Assembly (NCBI RefSeq): GCF_006345805.1
Contig: NC_042998.1
Location: 182,218,001-182,282,000 of the forward strand
DNA: 64,000 nucleotides
Origin: Octopus sinensis
Lineage: Eukaryota
Direction of reading: 5' to 3'
Each line of letters opens with the position of its first letter. Position 1 is the first letter of the stretch. A program made the position numbers and the translations under genes. The notes below the pieces were generated by a model. It had not been told where the DNA came from. It saw only the letters and a program-made list of their open reading frames with translations, and made no database searches. This document shows, piece after piece, positions 1 to 12,537 of the stretch.

Positions 1-199
1 GTCAACTTTACCTTTCATTCTTTCGGGATCGATAAATTAAGTACCAGTTGAGTACTGGAGTCGAGAGTATTGGGGTTGATGTAATCAACTAGTTTGCCCA
101 CCCCCCCAAAAAAACATTGAGGCCTTGTACTTCCAGTAGAAAGGATTATCATAAACAGTGCAAGCTAAAATCTGTAGAGGTATTCTGTCGAGCAACATA

Positions 200-261
200 T
201 CAAACGCGCACGCACACACACACACACGCACACACACGCGCGCGCACAAACACACATACGC

Positions 262-324
<63 letters not shown>

Positions 325-630
325 GTATATAAGTTAAAAAAAACATAATAAATGCACAAACAAACGGGCAACAGACACAGAAGGTCACCAAATCGTCATC
401 AGCTATCGGCCAGAGGGTCAAACGCAATTTCGCGCCTTCGACGATAAACTCTTTTATCGCTCTCCTTCTTTATCTCTCTCTCTCTCTCTCTCTCTCTCTT
501 TATATATATATATATATATGCATGTACATGTATGATTGTGAGTGTATGCGTGTATATGTTTATCTGTGTTCAGGCGCGCACACACAAATATGTATATGTA
601 TATACATGCATATACCGAATATATGTATAT

Positions 631-681
<51 letters not shown>

Positions 682-700
682 CACACACACACAATGTGTC
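200..700. repeat. Compound microsatellite block (CA)n/(CG)n, (TC)n, (TA)n
   Basis: Direct reading; it accounts for all ORFs listed between 85 and 866. Confidence 0.95.
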
Positions 701-1264
701 AGACACGAAATTCTCGGTTCTTGAGTTCTTTGTAACTTCTACAGATCGAGTTCTGTTTATGTGTGTAATTCCAAACCTGAACGTGTGTGTGTGTGCTCGC
801 GCGCGTGTGTTTGTGTTTGTGTGTACGTGTAAGTTGTATAGGTTAACTACTGCACTTATGATCTGATTATATATGCGAACTGATGCATATATAAATACAC
901 CTTTAATTCCATATTTTATTCATGCAGTAAGTGTCATAATATAATTCATTCCCCCACATGTGCAAATGTGGTTATAAATATACATACATATATGCATGCA
1001 TACATTACACACACACACACACACATGCATACATCCATTTATGCATACGTACGCATGAACATGACATGCATGCATGTACAACCCCGCTCCACATATAAAT
1101 CACATTTATGCATGTTATTGAAGACAAGTCTATGCACCAGTTTCAACTTTTATTTTTTTTATTTAACAACAGAGACATGTTTTCAATAACAAGTTAAAAG
1201 GAAAGGCTTTTCCCATATAAGAGAAATGTCCTCGCCCAATCGTGTGCGTATGTATGTATGTATG

Positions 1265-1310
<46 letters not shown>

Positions 1311-1432
1311 GTATATATATCTGTATATATATCTGTATAGGAATGACGAACTTGTGTTATAAGGGGAAATACATACATACATACATACATACATACATAC
1401 ATACATACATACATACATACATACACACACAC

Positions 1433-1500
<68 letters not shown>

Positions 1501-1676
1501 TATCTATATCATATATAATATATATATATGATATATATATATATATAAACTTAGATATGTTTCGACCAAAGATTGGTCCAGGCCATGTCTAACTTAATAG
1601 CACCCAGAGTAAGCTCATAAAGGCGAAACAAGATGGGAAAAATAGTACTCGAATACCAGAGGTAGAGTAATATGCA

Positions 1677-1832
1677 TTATTAAGAAGCAGCAAAAATATC
1701 ACAAAAACTGTTACTCAGAGTTTCATGTTCCCGGTCGTCAGACAGTTTTGTTTTCTAGAAAGCAAAACTGTCCGACTAATGGAAACGTGAAACTGTAACA
1801 GTTTTTGTAATATTTTTGCTGCTTTTTAATAA
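1677..1832. mobile_element. Imperfect fold-back (PLE-like remnant) with two decayed type I hammerhead motifs
   Basis: Arms TTATTAAGAAGCAGCAAAAATATCACAAAAACTGTTAC / GTAACAGTTTTTGTAATATTTTTGCTGCTTTTTAATAA. Minus 1706-1747 reads AACUGU CUGACGA CCGGGAACAU GAAA CUCUGAG UA ACAGUU. Plus 1766-1803 has a degenerate core (CCGACUA). Lies about 130 bp downstream of a (TA)n tract. Confidence 0.6.
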
Positions 1833-2149
1833 AGTACATATATATTATCTATATCCTTAACACTCCATACTAATCGTCATTTACATGCAAACTACACACT
1901 TTACATCAAACCACATGGGGTCATGTGCTAAACCTATCTCTTTGAACAAAACAAAAATAGGCGAGAAGCACAGATACACAATCACTATGCATATCAAGAA
2001 AATATCGCAACTACATAAACATGAACAGCATACAAGTGGAACCCTCCGGGTCACTAAAAACTAGGTTTCACCATCATTTAAGGGCTCCTCTGGCCAACAC
2101 GCATCTTTAACATAGCAAAGACTGCTATGTTCAAGATAGCCTTCTCTTC

Positions 2150-2480
2150 AGAACCAGAAAATGATTCAATGTCTCACAATATTGTGAAACCCACAATAAA
2201 ATACTACTTCAACGTATAAGGACAGTGTTGTTGTTAAACAGGCATCCGAGACCGTATCCAAAAGATGTTCTAGCTTCTTACTGTCCCACAGACGCGCTGC
2301 CGTATTTGTTTGCCTTTTCTATCTCTACTACTATGATATCTGATAATCGGAGCAGGCTGGTCTCGTGTCACACTTCCATTTGGGTACCTCTGAATCACTT
2401 GTTCATCCCCAGGCTCCGCACTAATTACTTCTAAGAGAGCTGATCTTACGGATTTTCTTTCTTGCACATATTTTCCATGC
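2150..2480 (-). pseudogene. Decayed non-LTR RT fragment (CR1/L2-like)
   Basis: Frameshifted minus-strand peptides RKIS/LLEVIS (cf. RPISLLPVIS), HETSLLRLSDIIVVEIEK (cf. STETALLRLxDDILxxxDK) and LLDTVSDACL (cf. KAFDTVSH). Confidence 0.5.
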
Positions 2481-2635
2481 AGCACCCACTTACAACTATT
2501 CAAGAGCAACGTTAACTGAATCGTTCTTAGGGGTTTCGGACAGTCTGCGAAGGTCATGTGCACAGCCACCTTCCTCTGGACACCTTACAAAAAGTATGCA
2601 TGTATGCTCAGTCTATTTGTCCAAGTATGAACGCC

Positions 2636-2703
<68 letters not shown>

Positions 2704-2780
2704 CCTACCTACCTACCTACCTACCTACATATCTATCTATCTATCTATCTACCTACCTACCTACCTACCTACCTACCTAC

Positions 2781-2848
<68 letters not shown>
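2636..2848. repeat. (ATCT)n/(ACCT)n compound tetranucleotide microsatellite
   Basis: Direct reading. Confidence 0.95.
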
Positions 2849-3459
2849 TTTCCTTGACACATACGCATAAAACTCTTTTTGTAAGTACATATTCATCAGT
2901 AGTAATATGTTGGGAATTAAATAAACGAACAATAAATTCACCCCTCACTTACACAGATGCACATTTAGACACACACACGTACACACACGTAGTAATAACA
3001 AATAATAAAAACAACAATAACACATATTGTCATCATAGAAGATATTATATTACCTAAGTCTCACCCACCCCTTGATCAGTTTATAGCTTTTTGTGTCAGT
3101 CTGACGCCATAATACTGACATCGACTGACATTATACGTTCACAGCGACTGGTGCAGTTCAACTTTGAGACGAGATACTGTATAAAACCAAGCTGAATGTT
3201 AGGTAAACGTTGAATTCAGAACTGACATCTCAGGGAGCCAAGTTCGCACTCCGCTTCAGGGCTGTAATTATTTATTCTTCTCGTTTTGCTTTTACTGTTA
3301 CTGTCCTTTGCACATCACAACACCTCATCTTGCTATCTCCATTAACCTTAGGCTCTGTGTCTGTGTACAGACAGAGTCACCGTGAAGAAAAAGTATTGGG
3401 CAATGTTTCAATTCTTACTTGAAGCTTTTTTTATTCCACTTAAAGTAGTTGATGAAAAT

Positions 3460-3890
3460 GGATATTTTCGGTTTGAACGGCAGTTTTTTTAAATAATTTC
3501 CACGTAACTAAACACTTTTAAACTTCGTATACTGGTAGAATGTGTTTATAAAACATCTTTTTCTCTTGGCTTTATTGAGAAAATTCTATTGTTTGTAAGA
3601 TATTTGTTGTCTTTTTTCTTCAATTTCTGCAATTTCAACCAATCACTGACGTCTATTGTGGTAAAAAAACATTCTGTGCCGTATGAATATGTCCCTCGTT
3701 TAAGAAACAGATTGGGTTTATTTACATTTGTGAAGAAAAAAAGATACCCTTCCCCCACCCCTAACCCTAACTCTAACTCTAACCCTAAAACAGATTGAAA
3801 TCCAATAGATCGATACTAGGGTCATAATTATGGGTGACAATTTCATATGACACCGCTAGAAAAAAACTGCCGTTCAAACCGAAAAGATCC
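3460..3890 (+). mobile_element. GGATC-MITE copy 1 (subfamily B)
   Basis: TIR GGAT(A/C)TTTTCGGTTTGAACGGCAGTTTTT...AAAAACTGCCGTTCAAACCGAAAAGATCC; perfect 8-bp TSD ATGAAAAT; internal CCCTAA repeats. Confidence 0.92.
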
Positions 3891-4303
3891 ATGAAAATCG
3901 ATGATCGTGAATTGGTTGCTGGGATTGGCTGCTGGGACTGACATGACGCTTCCTCTTCATGTGACATGCCAGCAGTAAGGTAGAACCCATCTCTTTCCAG
4001 GCCATTGATCGCAATTGGACAGCTTAAAAGTACATGGAGTGAGTCAACAGAGCTTGCGATGAAGATTGGTTTTATCGGCAGCTAACAACCACTACAAGCC
4101 ACTAAACGACAACGCTTGCGTCGGCAGCTAACAACCACAAAAAGTCACTAAACAACAACGCTTGCAAAATGTTACTATTTCACAAAAGTGCAAATATCTA
4201 CGTCACAACTTCCATTCTTGCTTTTCCTGAAATTAATAAACCAAAGGTTTAAGCAGTAAGAAAATACAACTATTCTGCCAAACCATCTTGGTGGTTAGAA
4301 ATA

Positions 4304-4630
4304 CTGGCACTCCATCGGTTGCGACGACGAGGGTTCTAGTTGATCCGATAAACGGAACAGCCTGCCCGTGAAATTAATGTGCAAGTTGCTGAGCACTCCA
4401 CTGACATGTGTACCCTTAGCGCAGTTCTCAGGGGTGATTCAGTGTGACACAGAATATGACCAGGTTGGCGCTTTGAAATACAAGTACAACCCATTTTTGC
4501 CAGCTGAGTGGACTGGAGCAAGGTGAAATAATGTGTCTTGCTCAAGGACACAACGCGTCGCCAGGAATTGAACTCACGACCTTATGATCATGAACCGAAT
4601 GCCCTAACCACTAAGACACGCGCCTTCACA
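4304..4630 (-). mobile_element. tRNA-derived SINE group B (CORE-like centre, tail 1)
   Basis: tRNA-like A/B boxes; TGTGTCCTTGAGCAAGACAC centre; TSD GGTTAGAAATA (4293-4303 / 4631-4641). Confidence 0.88.
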
Positions 4631-4777
4631 GGTTAGAAATAACTGTTTCTCAACAACAGTCATAGCAACAAAAATTCCGCAAAGAAAAAGGAAAGATGCG
4701 AAATATATTTAAAAAATTTCATTGAGTGAAATGTTTTAAAATTAAATTTCTTTTTTGTAAGGTAGGTATGGCATCCA

Positions 4778-5010
4778 AAAAGGCGGCGAGCTGGCAGAAT
4801 CGTTAGCACGCCGGACAAAATGCTTAGCGGTATTTCGTCTGCCGCTACGTTCTGAGTTCAAATTCCGCCGAGGTCGACTTTGCCTTTCATCCTTTCGGGG
4901 TCGATAAATTAAGTACCAGTTATGCACTGGGGTCGATGTAATCGACTTAATACCTTTGTCTGTCCTTGTTTGTTCTCTCTGTGTTTAGCCCTTTGTGGGT
5001 AGTAAAGAAA
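4778..5010 (+). mobile_element. tRNA-derived SINE group A (young type)
   Basis: GGCGGCGAGCTGGCAGAATCG head, GAGTTCAAATTCC B box, tail ending TAAAGAAA; 15-bp TSD TAGGTATGGCATCCA. Confidence 0.92.
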
Positions 5011-5299
5011 TAGGTATGGCATCCATACCCATAATTTTGGTACGGTTTCTCAGAATGACGAAATCCATTGGGTTGATGTTCTGCTTCGGCTGGTAAAGAA
5101 TGATTGATTAAAATGTTTCGACAGTTTTATGGGTTGAGATTTAAGAAGGGTTTAGGATGACGCGGAAACAGCATTAATAGTTCAAAGAAAAAAAATTTAG
5201 TTGCAGCAGAAGCGACAGCAACAGTGGTGGTGGCTGCAGCCACAGCATTTGTTCTAAAGAAAGTACATTTGTATATTAATGGTTTTAGCAAGTTAGCAA

Positions 5300-5600
5300 A
5301 TAAATGATGTCTGTATACAGAAGGTTTATGAAGGAATAAAGTAGTATTATCTGCGTGGGAGTGTGTATTATTAGAATTACAGTAACTTCGTCGTAAAATC
5401 ACAGTAGAAAGAGTGTGGGAGACGTACCGGAGCATTGGGGCTTATTAGAGTTGATGAAATGTTGATTAAAAAGAGCCCTGTCAGACGTGTGCCTGGAAAG
5501 AAGCTTCTGACTCCTGAAATGAAAGATGGGGTCTTGATACATCCGCGGCCCACTGGCGTGTTATCTCCTTTCTCTGCCCTCTTTTTTTACTATTATAATA
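5300..5600 (-). pseudogene. Decayed LINE RT fragment (Jockey/CR1-like)
   Basis: Minus-strand INSNKPQCSGTSP (cf. INSGVPQGSVLSP), PTLFLL and HSHADNTTL (cf. HSYADDTTL), with frameshifts. Confidence 0.5.
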
Positions 5601-6139
5601 ATGTTCATTTTTCCTAGAAGTTGGCCCGTCTTACAAATTCTCTACTCAAACGTTCTCGACCAACTCAACTCTCCACCTCTCTTTTACCCTTGTGTCCAAC
5701 CGCCCCATCCAAACCTTACATCCATTCTTTTCTCCCTAGAACATCGTCCTCCTGGAATATCCTCCCTGTTAGAGCGTTTTCTGTCTGAGTCAACTAGCAG
5801 CAGTTCAAATAGAATATTAACGTCTTCAAGTTTACCAACCTCGCAGGGACTGTAAAGGTCACGGTCATTGCTTCTTTCTCTTAACAGATCAATAAAAAAC
5901 AAAACCGGCAAAGCTAAGAATTCTCATGCTTGAAAAACTCACTGGTTTTGCTGGTGTGAAGAACAACAAAGTTAGATTCACCAAAATTTTGAAAAAATGT
6001 GAGATCTTATTATACGAAAATAGGTGAATAATTATCCGGTAGACGTGGCTGTACGGAAGACATACTAATAATAGCAGCCACGTTAGAATAAAAGAAATTC
6101 AAAGCGATAAAGACGGCTGGTTACGTTTGTATCCAACTT

Positions 6140-6355
6140 TTTACTTTTTTTTGTACTTTTTTAATTGTTTCAGTCATTTGACTGTGGCCATGCTGGAGCA
6201 CCGCCTTTAGTCGAGCAAATCGACCCCAGGACTTATTCTTTGTAAGTCTAGTATTTATTCTATCGGTTCCCCTTTGCCGAACCGCTAAGTTACGGTGGAC
6301 GTAAACACACCAGCATCGGTTGTCAAGCGATGTTGGGGTGTCAGACACAGACACA

Positions 6356-6409
<54 letters not shown>

Positions 6410-6644
6410 ACACACACACCACACACACCACACACACACACACCACACACACACATATATATATATATATACATATATACGACGGGCTTCTTTCAGTTTC
6501 CGTCTACCAAATCTACTCATAAGGTTTTGGTGGGCCCGAGGCTATAGTAGAAGACACTTGCCCAAGGTGCCACGCAGTAGGACTGAACCTGGAAACATTT
6601 GGTTGGTAAGCAAGCTACTTACCACACAGCCAATCCTACGCCTA
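6140..6644 (-). mobile_element. SINE group C (bipartite, internal (TA)n/(TG)n spacer)
   Basis: tRNA-like head AGGCGTAGGA(G/T)TGGCTGTGTGGTAAG, microsatellite spacer, conserved 3' half CATCGCTTGACAACCGATGCTGG...CAAATGACTGAAAC; recurs many times in the window. Confidence 0.9.
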
Positions 6645-6779
6645 ATAAATAGATCGCTAATTTCCAGGAGTAGAGACACTGCATTTTACAGGAATACGAC
6701 AGTGTATGGCGCTTGTTTACATAGATTATGATGGAGAAAAAAGAGAGTAAAGGACTGAGGAGATTGATAAGAGCCTTGA

Positions 6780-7700
6780 ATTATCCTATTAAGGAGCAAA
6801 ATAGGAAACTTTTGCATGGACAGTCATCTTGTGTGATTGGAGGGTTGTGTGATAGAAGTCTTCGTACCGAGAGACTGTATACACGGTGAGAGGGCAGATC
6901 GTGTGGAGATGGACTGTCGGACGAGTTGTGTGTGCGTGTGTGTATAATGTGGAGTTCGAAGGCAAATAAGGAGCAATCGTGATGGCTTTATATATGTGGG
7001 TTTTGAGATAAGAAAGTATCAAAGCGTGTTGAGAGTTGTTATGTCTGCTAGGGACAGACGTAAATGAGGGAAGAAATCAACCAATGTGTTAGTGGGAGTA
7101 CTAAAGCCAAGAAAGGTGTATGAAGATACCTATTTCTTTATTACCCACAAGGGGCTAAACACAGAGCGGACAAACAAGGACAGACATAGGTATTAAGTCG
7201 ATTACATCGACCCCAGTGCGTAACTGGTATTTAATTTATCGACCCCGAAAGGATGAAAGGCAAAGTCGACCTCGGCGGAATTTGAACTCACAACGTAACG
7301 CAGACGAAATACCACTAAGCATTTCGCCCGGCGTGCTAACGTTTCTGCCAGCTCGCCGCCTTATATGAAGGTGTATGAAGATACCGAGGATGTTTACTTC
7401 AGAGAGACGTATTTTGAAAGAGAAAAACGAGAGGTTCTTGAACAATTGATTATAGTTGGAGGAATTCAGAGGAATGGTAGAGGCAAGAGATACATGTGGT
7501 GGAATGAGGAAGTGAGTCATTTACACACTATTAGATGTAATTGTTGCTGATATGTGGGTGAGAAAAGCACGTGATAAGAAGAGTGGGTAAAGTAAGCGTT
7601 GAGATCACTCTTTTCTTGGTATATATAGTGTTAGCGTGAAAAGCAGAGACTGATTAGGCGCAGGAGATGAGAATCACAGATGGAAAATTTGAGGTGTGTG
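6780..7700 (-). pseudogene. Decayed LINE ORF2 3' region, interrupted by a SINE
   Basis: Minus-strand LSEVNILGIFIH (cf. TLNILGLSF) and HTTRPTVHLH...FYH resemble Jockey/CR1 C-termini. A plus-strand WWNEEV also occurs, so strand and clade are uncertain. Confidence 0.35.
7131..7362 (-). mobile_element. SINE group A (young type)
   Basis: Full-length reverse copy; 18-bp TSD AAGGTGTATGAAGATACC (7113-7130 / 7368-7385). Confidence 0.93.
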
Positions 7701-8129
7701 TTGTTGTTTAGCCTCAGGTCAGCCCTGATTGAGCAGACTTGTTATCAAAAGCTTTTCAGGCGTGACCATCCGTCTTCTATCAGACAGTGCAACTAGGACC
7801 GTATTATCAAAGGTATCCTCCTTACCTCTTTTTTTAAGTTGATAGAGTGTGACATGAGGAAAAATTGGCTGCTATTTTTAACCGTTGTTTGTGAGTAGTT
7901 GCTTTTAGTAGATGGTGGCTTAAGTCAGCCAACATTTTTCACTTGTTATGACTTCATATTTTTGCTGAAAACTACCAATCGATCGCCACATGAAATGTAT
8001 ATTGTTACATAACTGCAATTAAAGAACGTAAAAGCCGAAATGAACAGGTGTTATTCCAGGAATACGCCAGGAACCGAGAAAAGGTTCAATACCAATATTG
8101 TGAGAGTGCTACTACTAATAATGATGGTG

Positions 8130-9270
8130 ATTTCTATTATAAGGCAACAAAAAGTCAACTGAGAAAGCGGAGAATCGACCAAATCGATCTTAGTCTTTGA
8201 CTGGCACTTATTTAATTTCATCGACCCTGGTGAGATAAAAGACAAATTCTACCTAGCATGATTAGAACTCTGAATGAAAATTGACATCACTAAATACGCG
8301 TAAAGTATTCCGTTGGGCGTTCTCAGGATTTTGCTATTCATTACCCATAATAATGGTTTCAAATTTTGGTACAAGATCAGCTATTTTAGGGGAAGGGTTA
8401 GTCGAATGCATCGACTCTAATGCTCAACTGATATTTATTTTATCGACCCCGAAAAGTTGACCTCGATGGAATTTGAACGTAAAAAACCAGAAAAAGACCC
8501 ACCCCCCGCTAAGCAGTTTGTGCGGTGCTCTAACGTTTCTGCCAGATCGCCGCCTTAACATCAACAACAATTCTTTCTACTATAGACGCAAGGCTTGACA
8601 TTTTTGGGGAGGTGGGGGGTCTTGTCGAGTTCATCGACCGCAGTATTTAACTGGTGCCAATTCCATCAACCCCGAAAGAATGAAGGGAAAAGTTGACCCT
8701 GGTGGATTTTGGATTCAGAGTGTAAAACCGGAAGAAATGTCGCTAAGCATTTTGTCCGGTGTGTCAATGATTCCGCCAGCTAACAACAACAACAACAACA
8801 ACAACAACCACAACCACAACAACAACAACAACAACAACGGAATTAACACCATCAAATATAATAATTCTAACATGAGCACAAGGCCAGACATTTTTGAGAA
8901 GGACAACAGTGGATCATATCAACTACAGTAATTAATTGATTGGTACTTTATTTTATTGATTCCGGATAGATGAAAAACAAAGTTGATGTCGACGAGAACC
9001 AGATTTTGAACAGAAAATACAAGAATATATATTGCAAAGCATTTTGTTCGGTGATAATAATACTTTGCATAGATCAAGAGCTAGAAATTTGGGTGTTAGT
9101 CTGTCATATTGTTTACAGTCCTTGATTACTACTTTATTTTATCGACTTCTGAATTATGAAAGACAATGTAGACCTCGCAAGGATTTGAACTTAGAATGGA
9201 AAGAGTCCTAATTAAATACTGCAAGGTCTTTTGTGTGATTGGCTATCGATTCTTTGACCCACCACCTTAA
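8130..9270 (-). mobile_element. Cluster of old, diverged group-A-related SINEs
   Basis: Repeated degenerate ATCGACCCCGAAAG...GACCTCG..GGATTTGAAC segments with (AAC)n/(AAT)n tracts. Confidence 0.7.
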
Positions 9271-9341
9271 TAACAATGATTTCTAACATAGTCACAAGAT
9301 CATAGGGAGGAGAGAGTTGACTATATCGATTCTAGTACACG

Positions 9342-9573
9342 GCTACGTTAGGATTAATCGGAAGGAGAGGGGCTTTCTCCGTCCGGGTTGCGGATCCGTG
9401 GAATAAGCTGCCGGACGAGATAGTGAAGATGCCGACGACCGCTCGGTTCAAAGTCTCCCTTGACCACAAATGGCCTGAACTCTTTGCATGAACACCACCC
9501 TGTACATAACTCCATGTCCCCCTACATGGCCTTGCTTTTTGCTTTTTGAGCCAAAAAATTAACTTAACTTAAA
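9342..9573 (+). mobile_element. CR1-type LINE 3' end (5'-truncated)
   Basis: 9360-9491 encodes GRRGAFSVRVADPWNKLPDEIVKMPTTARFKVSLDHKWPELFA*, matching the CR1 ORF2 C-terminal FSxRVxxxWNxLP...FKxxLD motif; short 3'UTR ends in (AACTT)n. Confidence 0.8.
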
Positions 9574-9929
9574 TCAGCTATTATCAGTCAGGTTTAGTTT
9601 GTCATTTTACTCTGCGGCTGCACTGTCAAAACATATGCAGAAGACAAACAACAAAACGAAACAAAAACAACATGTTATATACTTTTAGGAATTAAATAAA
9701 CGTTGATTTATCGACTCAAGCATTTGATAGGTACTTCTTTTCGTGAAATGAAGGAAATGAAAGTCAAAATCGATGTCGGTAGCATTTAAAATCTGACGTC
9801 AAGTGGGGTAAATGTAAGTCAACTTTTTCCGATGCTCCACCTGATTTCTGGAATTTACTTTTCCAAATAAAGACATGATTATTTATCTTCTTTTGCAACG
9901 CAACAAATGAAAACAACTACAGTAGTTAT

Positions 9930-10255
9930 CTAAAGACTCCGCCGGTTACGACGACGAGGGTCCCAGCTGATACGATAAACGGAACAGCTTGCTCGTGAAA
10001 TTAACGTGCAAATGGCTGAGCATTCCACAGACACGTGTACCCTTAACGTAGTTCTCGGGGATAATCAGCGTGACACAGAGAGTGACAAGGCTGACCCTTT
10101 GAAATACAAGTACAACTCATTTTTGCCAGCTGAGTGGACTGGAGTAACGTGAAATAAAGTGTCTTGCTCAAGGACACAACGCGTCGCCGGGAATCGAACT
10201 CACAACCTTACGATCATGAGCCGAATGCCCTAACCACTAAGCCACGCGCCCTCAC
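9930..10255 (-). mobile_element. SINE group B (tail 1), well preserved
   Basis: GGCGCGTGGCTTAGTGGTTAGGGC head, GTTCGATTCC B box; 11-bp TSD ACAGTAGTTAT. Confidence 0.92.
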
Positions 10256-10559
10256 ACAGTAGTTATAAAACTACTGTGTCTTCAACTTGCAGTGTAGAGT
10301 TGAACACCTCCTGTAGGTAAGACCAGAAGAGAAATATATGATCTGGTCTCATCTATTATTCAATTTCTGATAATCCATGGATACTTCTGAGTATGGAATG
10401 TCAAGTGAACAAGTCAATTTTTTCACAACCATGTGATGGACAAACTAGGATGTATATTATCAGTAAATGTAATTGCTTCATTGCTGGAGATTGTGTGTGT
10501 GTATGTGTGTGTGTGTGTGTGTGCTTGTGTGTGTTTGTGTGTGTGTGTGAGAGAGAGAA

Positions 10560-10604
<45 letters not shown>

Positions 10605-11368
10605 GAGAGGGAGAAAGGTACTGATGTCAGTATGTGGTGATTGTGAATATAAGTTAGTGTATAACCTATCATGTGGATAGTCAATATCCTCAGTTTTTTT
10701 CAATGAATTAACAATCCAGTGTGTATATGCTCTCATCTATCAATCTTTTTTTTTTTAAAATTCTTCTCGTCTTACCAAATACTGAAACTGGTGACGTCAA
10801 ACCATATAATGTCAGTATGTCCAATCATTGCCGAGAGATTCACAGTTTAAAATCACTTTATTTCAAGCGACAGGACAAATCGCTATTAAAAACAAAACAA
10901 AACAAAGCAAAACATGTCATTGCTCAAAATAACACCAGCAACAACAACAAGAAGAAAAAGAAATACGAAACAACGGGTCACTTAATAGTTGATTACTTTT
11001 CCTGTTTTCTACTTAAGTATTATTTTTACAAGAAATTAAAATGGTTGATGGCATAAGATTACGACAAATTTACCATCTTTTTATAATTGAAACTTTTTTC
11101 TTATCCTTAAAGATGAGTTACCCTAAACGTAAAAAACAACAAAAAAAGCCGTCATCAACTCAAAGTGTTTGACACTGATTTTGAAAGGTAAACAAACGGA
11201 AGTATATAAGGATAAGAACTCAGTTGTATGAGGCACACACACTGGATATTTGCGAATGACTTAACTTTTCGTGTAAGTTTTAGCCTCTTTTGCGTATCAT
11301 ATAATACGGTAAACAAAATAGTAAAAAAGACAAAACAATATATATATAAAACAACTGTTTGAGTATTC

Positions 11369-11789
11369 GGATCTTTTCGGTTTGAACGGCAGTTTTTAAC
11401 GTAATTTCTAGGTAACTAAAAAATTTTAAACTTCGTATACTGGTAGAATGTGTTTATAAAACATCTTTTTCTCTTGGTTTTATTGAGAAAATTCTATAGT
11501 TTGTAAGATATTTGTTGTTTTTTTCTTCAATTTCTGCAATTTCAACCAATCGACGATGTCCATTGAGGTAAAAAACATTCTGTGCCGTATGAATATGTCC
11601 CTCGTTTAAGAAACAGATTGGGTTTATTTACATTTGTGAAGAAAAAAGATACCCTTCCCCCCACCCCTAACCCTAATCCTAACCCTAAAACAGATTGAAA
11701 TGCAATAGATCGATACTAGGGTCATAATTATGGGTGACAATTTCATATGACACCGCTAGAAAAAACTGCCGTTCAAACCGAAAAGATCC
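11369..11789 (+). mobile_element. GGATC-MITE copy 2 (subfamily A)
   Basis: Intact TIRs; flanked by a 55-bp direct duplication instead of an 8-bp TSD. Confidence 0.92.
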
Positions 11790-11896
11790 CCAAATAGTAA
11801 AAAAGGTAAAACAATATTTAAACAAAACAACTGTTTGAGTATTCATACACAAACACACTACCTCTCCCTCTCTCTCGCAAGCACACTGTTATTCTA

Positions 11897-12049
11897 ATAC
11901 ATACTTACTTTTACTTGTGACGGCGTTCACCCAGGGTGGGTTGAGCCGGCTTCTTCTCTGGTCCTAACGGCATCACGAACCATGGCAGCCTACGCTCGAC
12001 GAGGTCCCGTACGAGGTCACTGGAGATAGCGTGCCATTCGCGGTTCCAT
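11897..12049 (-). mobile_element. 5'-truncated RTE-like LINE 3' end
   Basis: Minus-strand AAMVRDAVRTREEAGSTHPG*, (AAGTA)n-like tail, 11-bp TSD CTGTTATTCTA (11886-11896 / 12050-12060). Confidence 0.65.
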
Positions 12050-12354
12050 CTGTTATTCTACTAAGAAGAGAATTATTGCAAATCGCTATTTAAATCAAAC
12101 ATAAAATTGGCTAATTTGCATGCCGCGCGTTCTCTTCTTGGAAAGAAGAATGAAGAAGTACTTGTCCTCTGATGAGCGATCAACGAAGTGTGAAATATTC
12201 CTTGGACAATCATTTTATATTATTTTTTTTCTATATATTAAGGGGATAACGAAATGTATTAACACTCGCTTAAAAGTTGCCCAGGGAAAGAATTAAGACT
12301 TGCAGTTTACCTACTTTACACATGCACACATGCGCGTGCGTGTCTGTACGTGTA

Positions 12355-12392
<38 letters not shown>

Positions 12393-12537
12393 TAATGAGT
12401 GGGAAGAAATGACGCTAAATATTTTGTCCGGCGCGGTAACGGTTCTACCAGCACACAACCTTAATAATAATAATAATAATAATAACAATAATAATAACAA
12501 CAACAATAATATTAATAATAATAATAATAATGATAAT

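Noticed and set aside
85-1531. Many 60-114 aa ORFs ([12 protein letters not shown])
   Set aside because: Translations of dinucleotide and tetranucleotide microsatellites; the same applies to similar ORFs throughout, e.g. 2596-3057, 16043-17296 and 56743-57281.
1548-1600. GACCAA-AGA-TTGGTC hairpin followed (minus strand) by GAAACAUAUC
   Set aside because: Resembles half of a hammerhead, but there is no CUGANGA core; at most a remnant.
4075-4165. 45-bp direct tandem duplication
   Set aside because: Only two copies with no spacer; an ordinary local duplication, not CRISPR-like.
10293-10316. 24-nt segment between TTGCAG and GTAAGA (possible microexon)
   Set aside because: Such sites arise by chance in 64 kb; one frame has a stop and there is no other support.
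12169-12200. CTGATGA followed later by GAAA
   Set aside because: No pairable stems I-III and no NUH in register.
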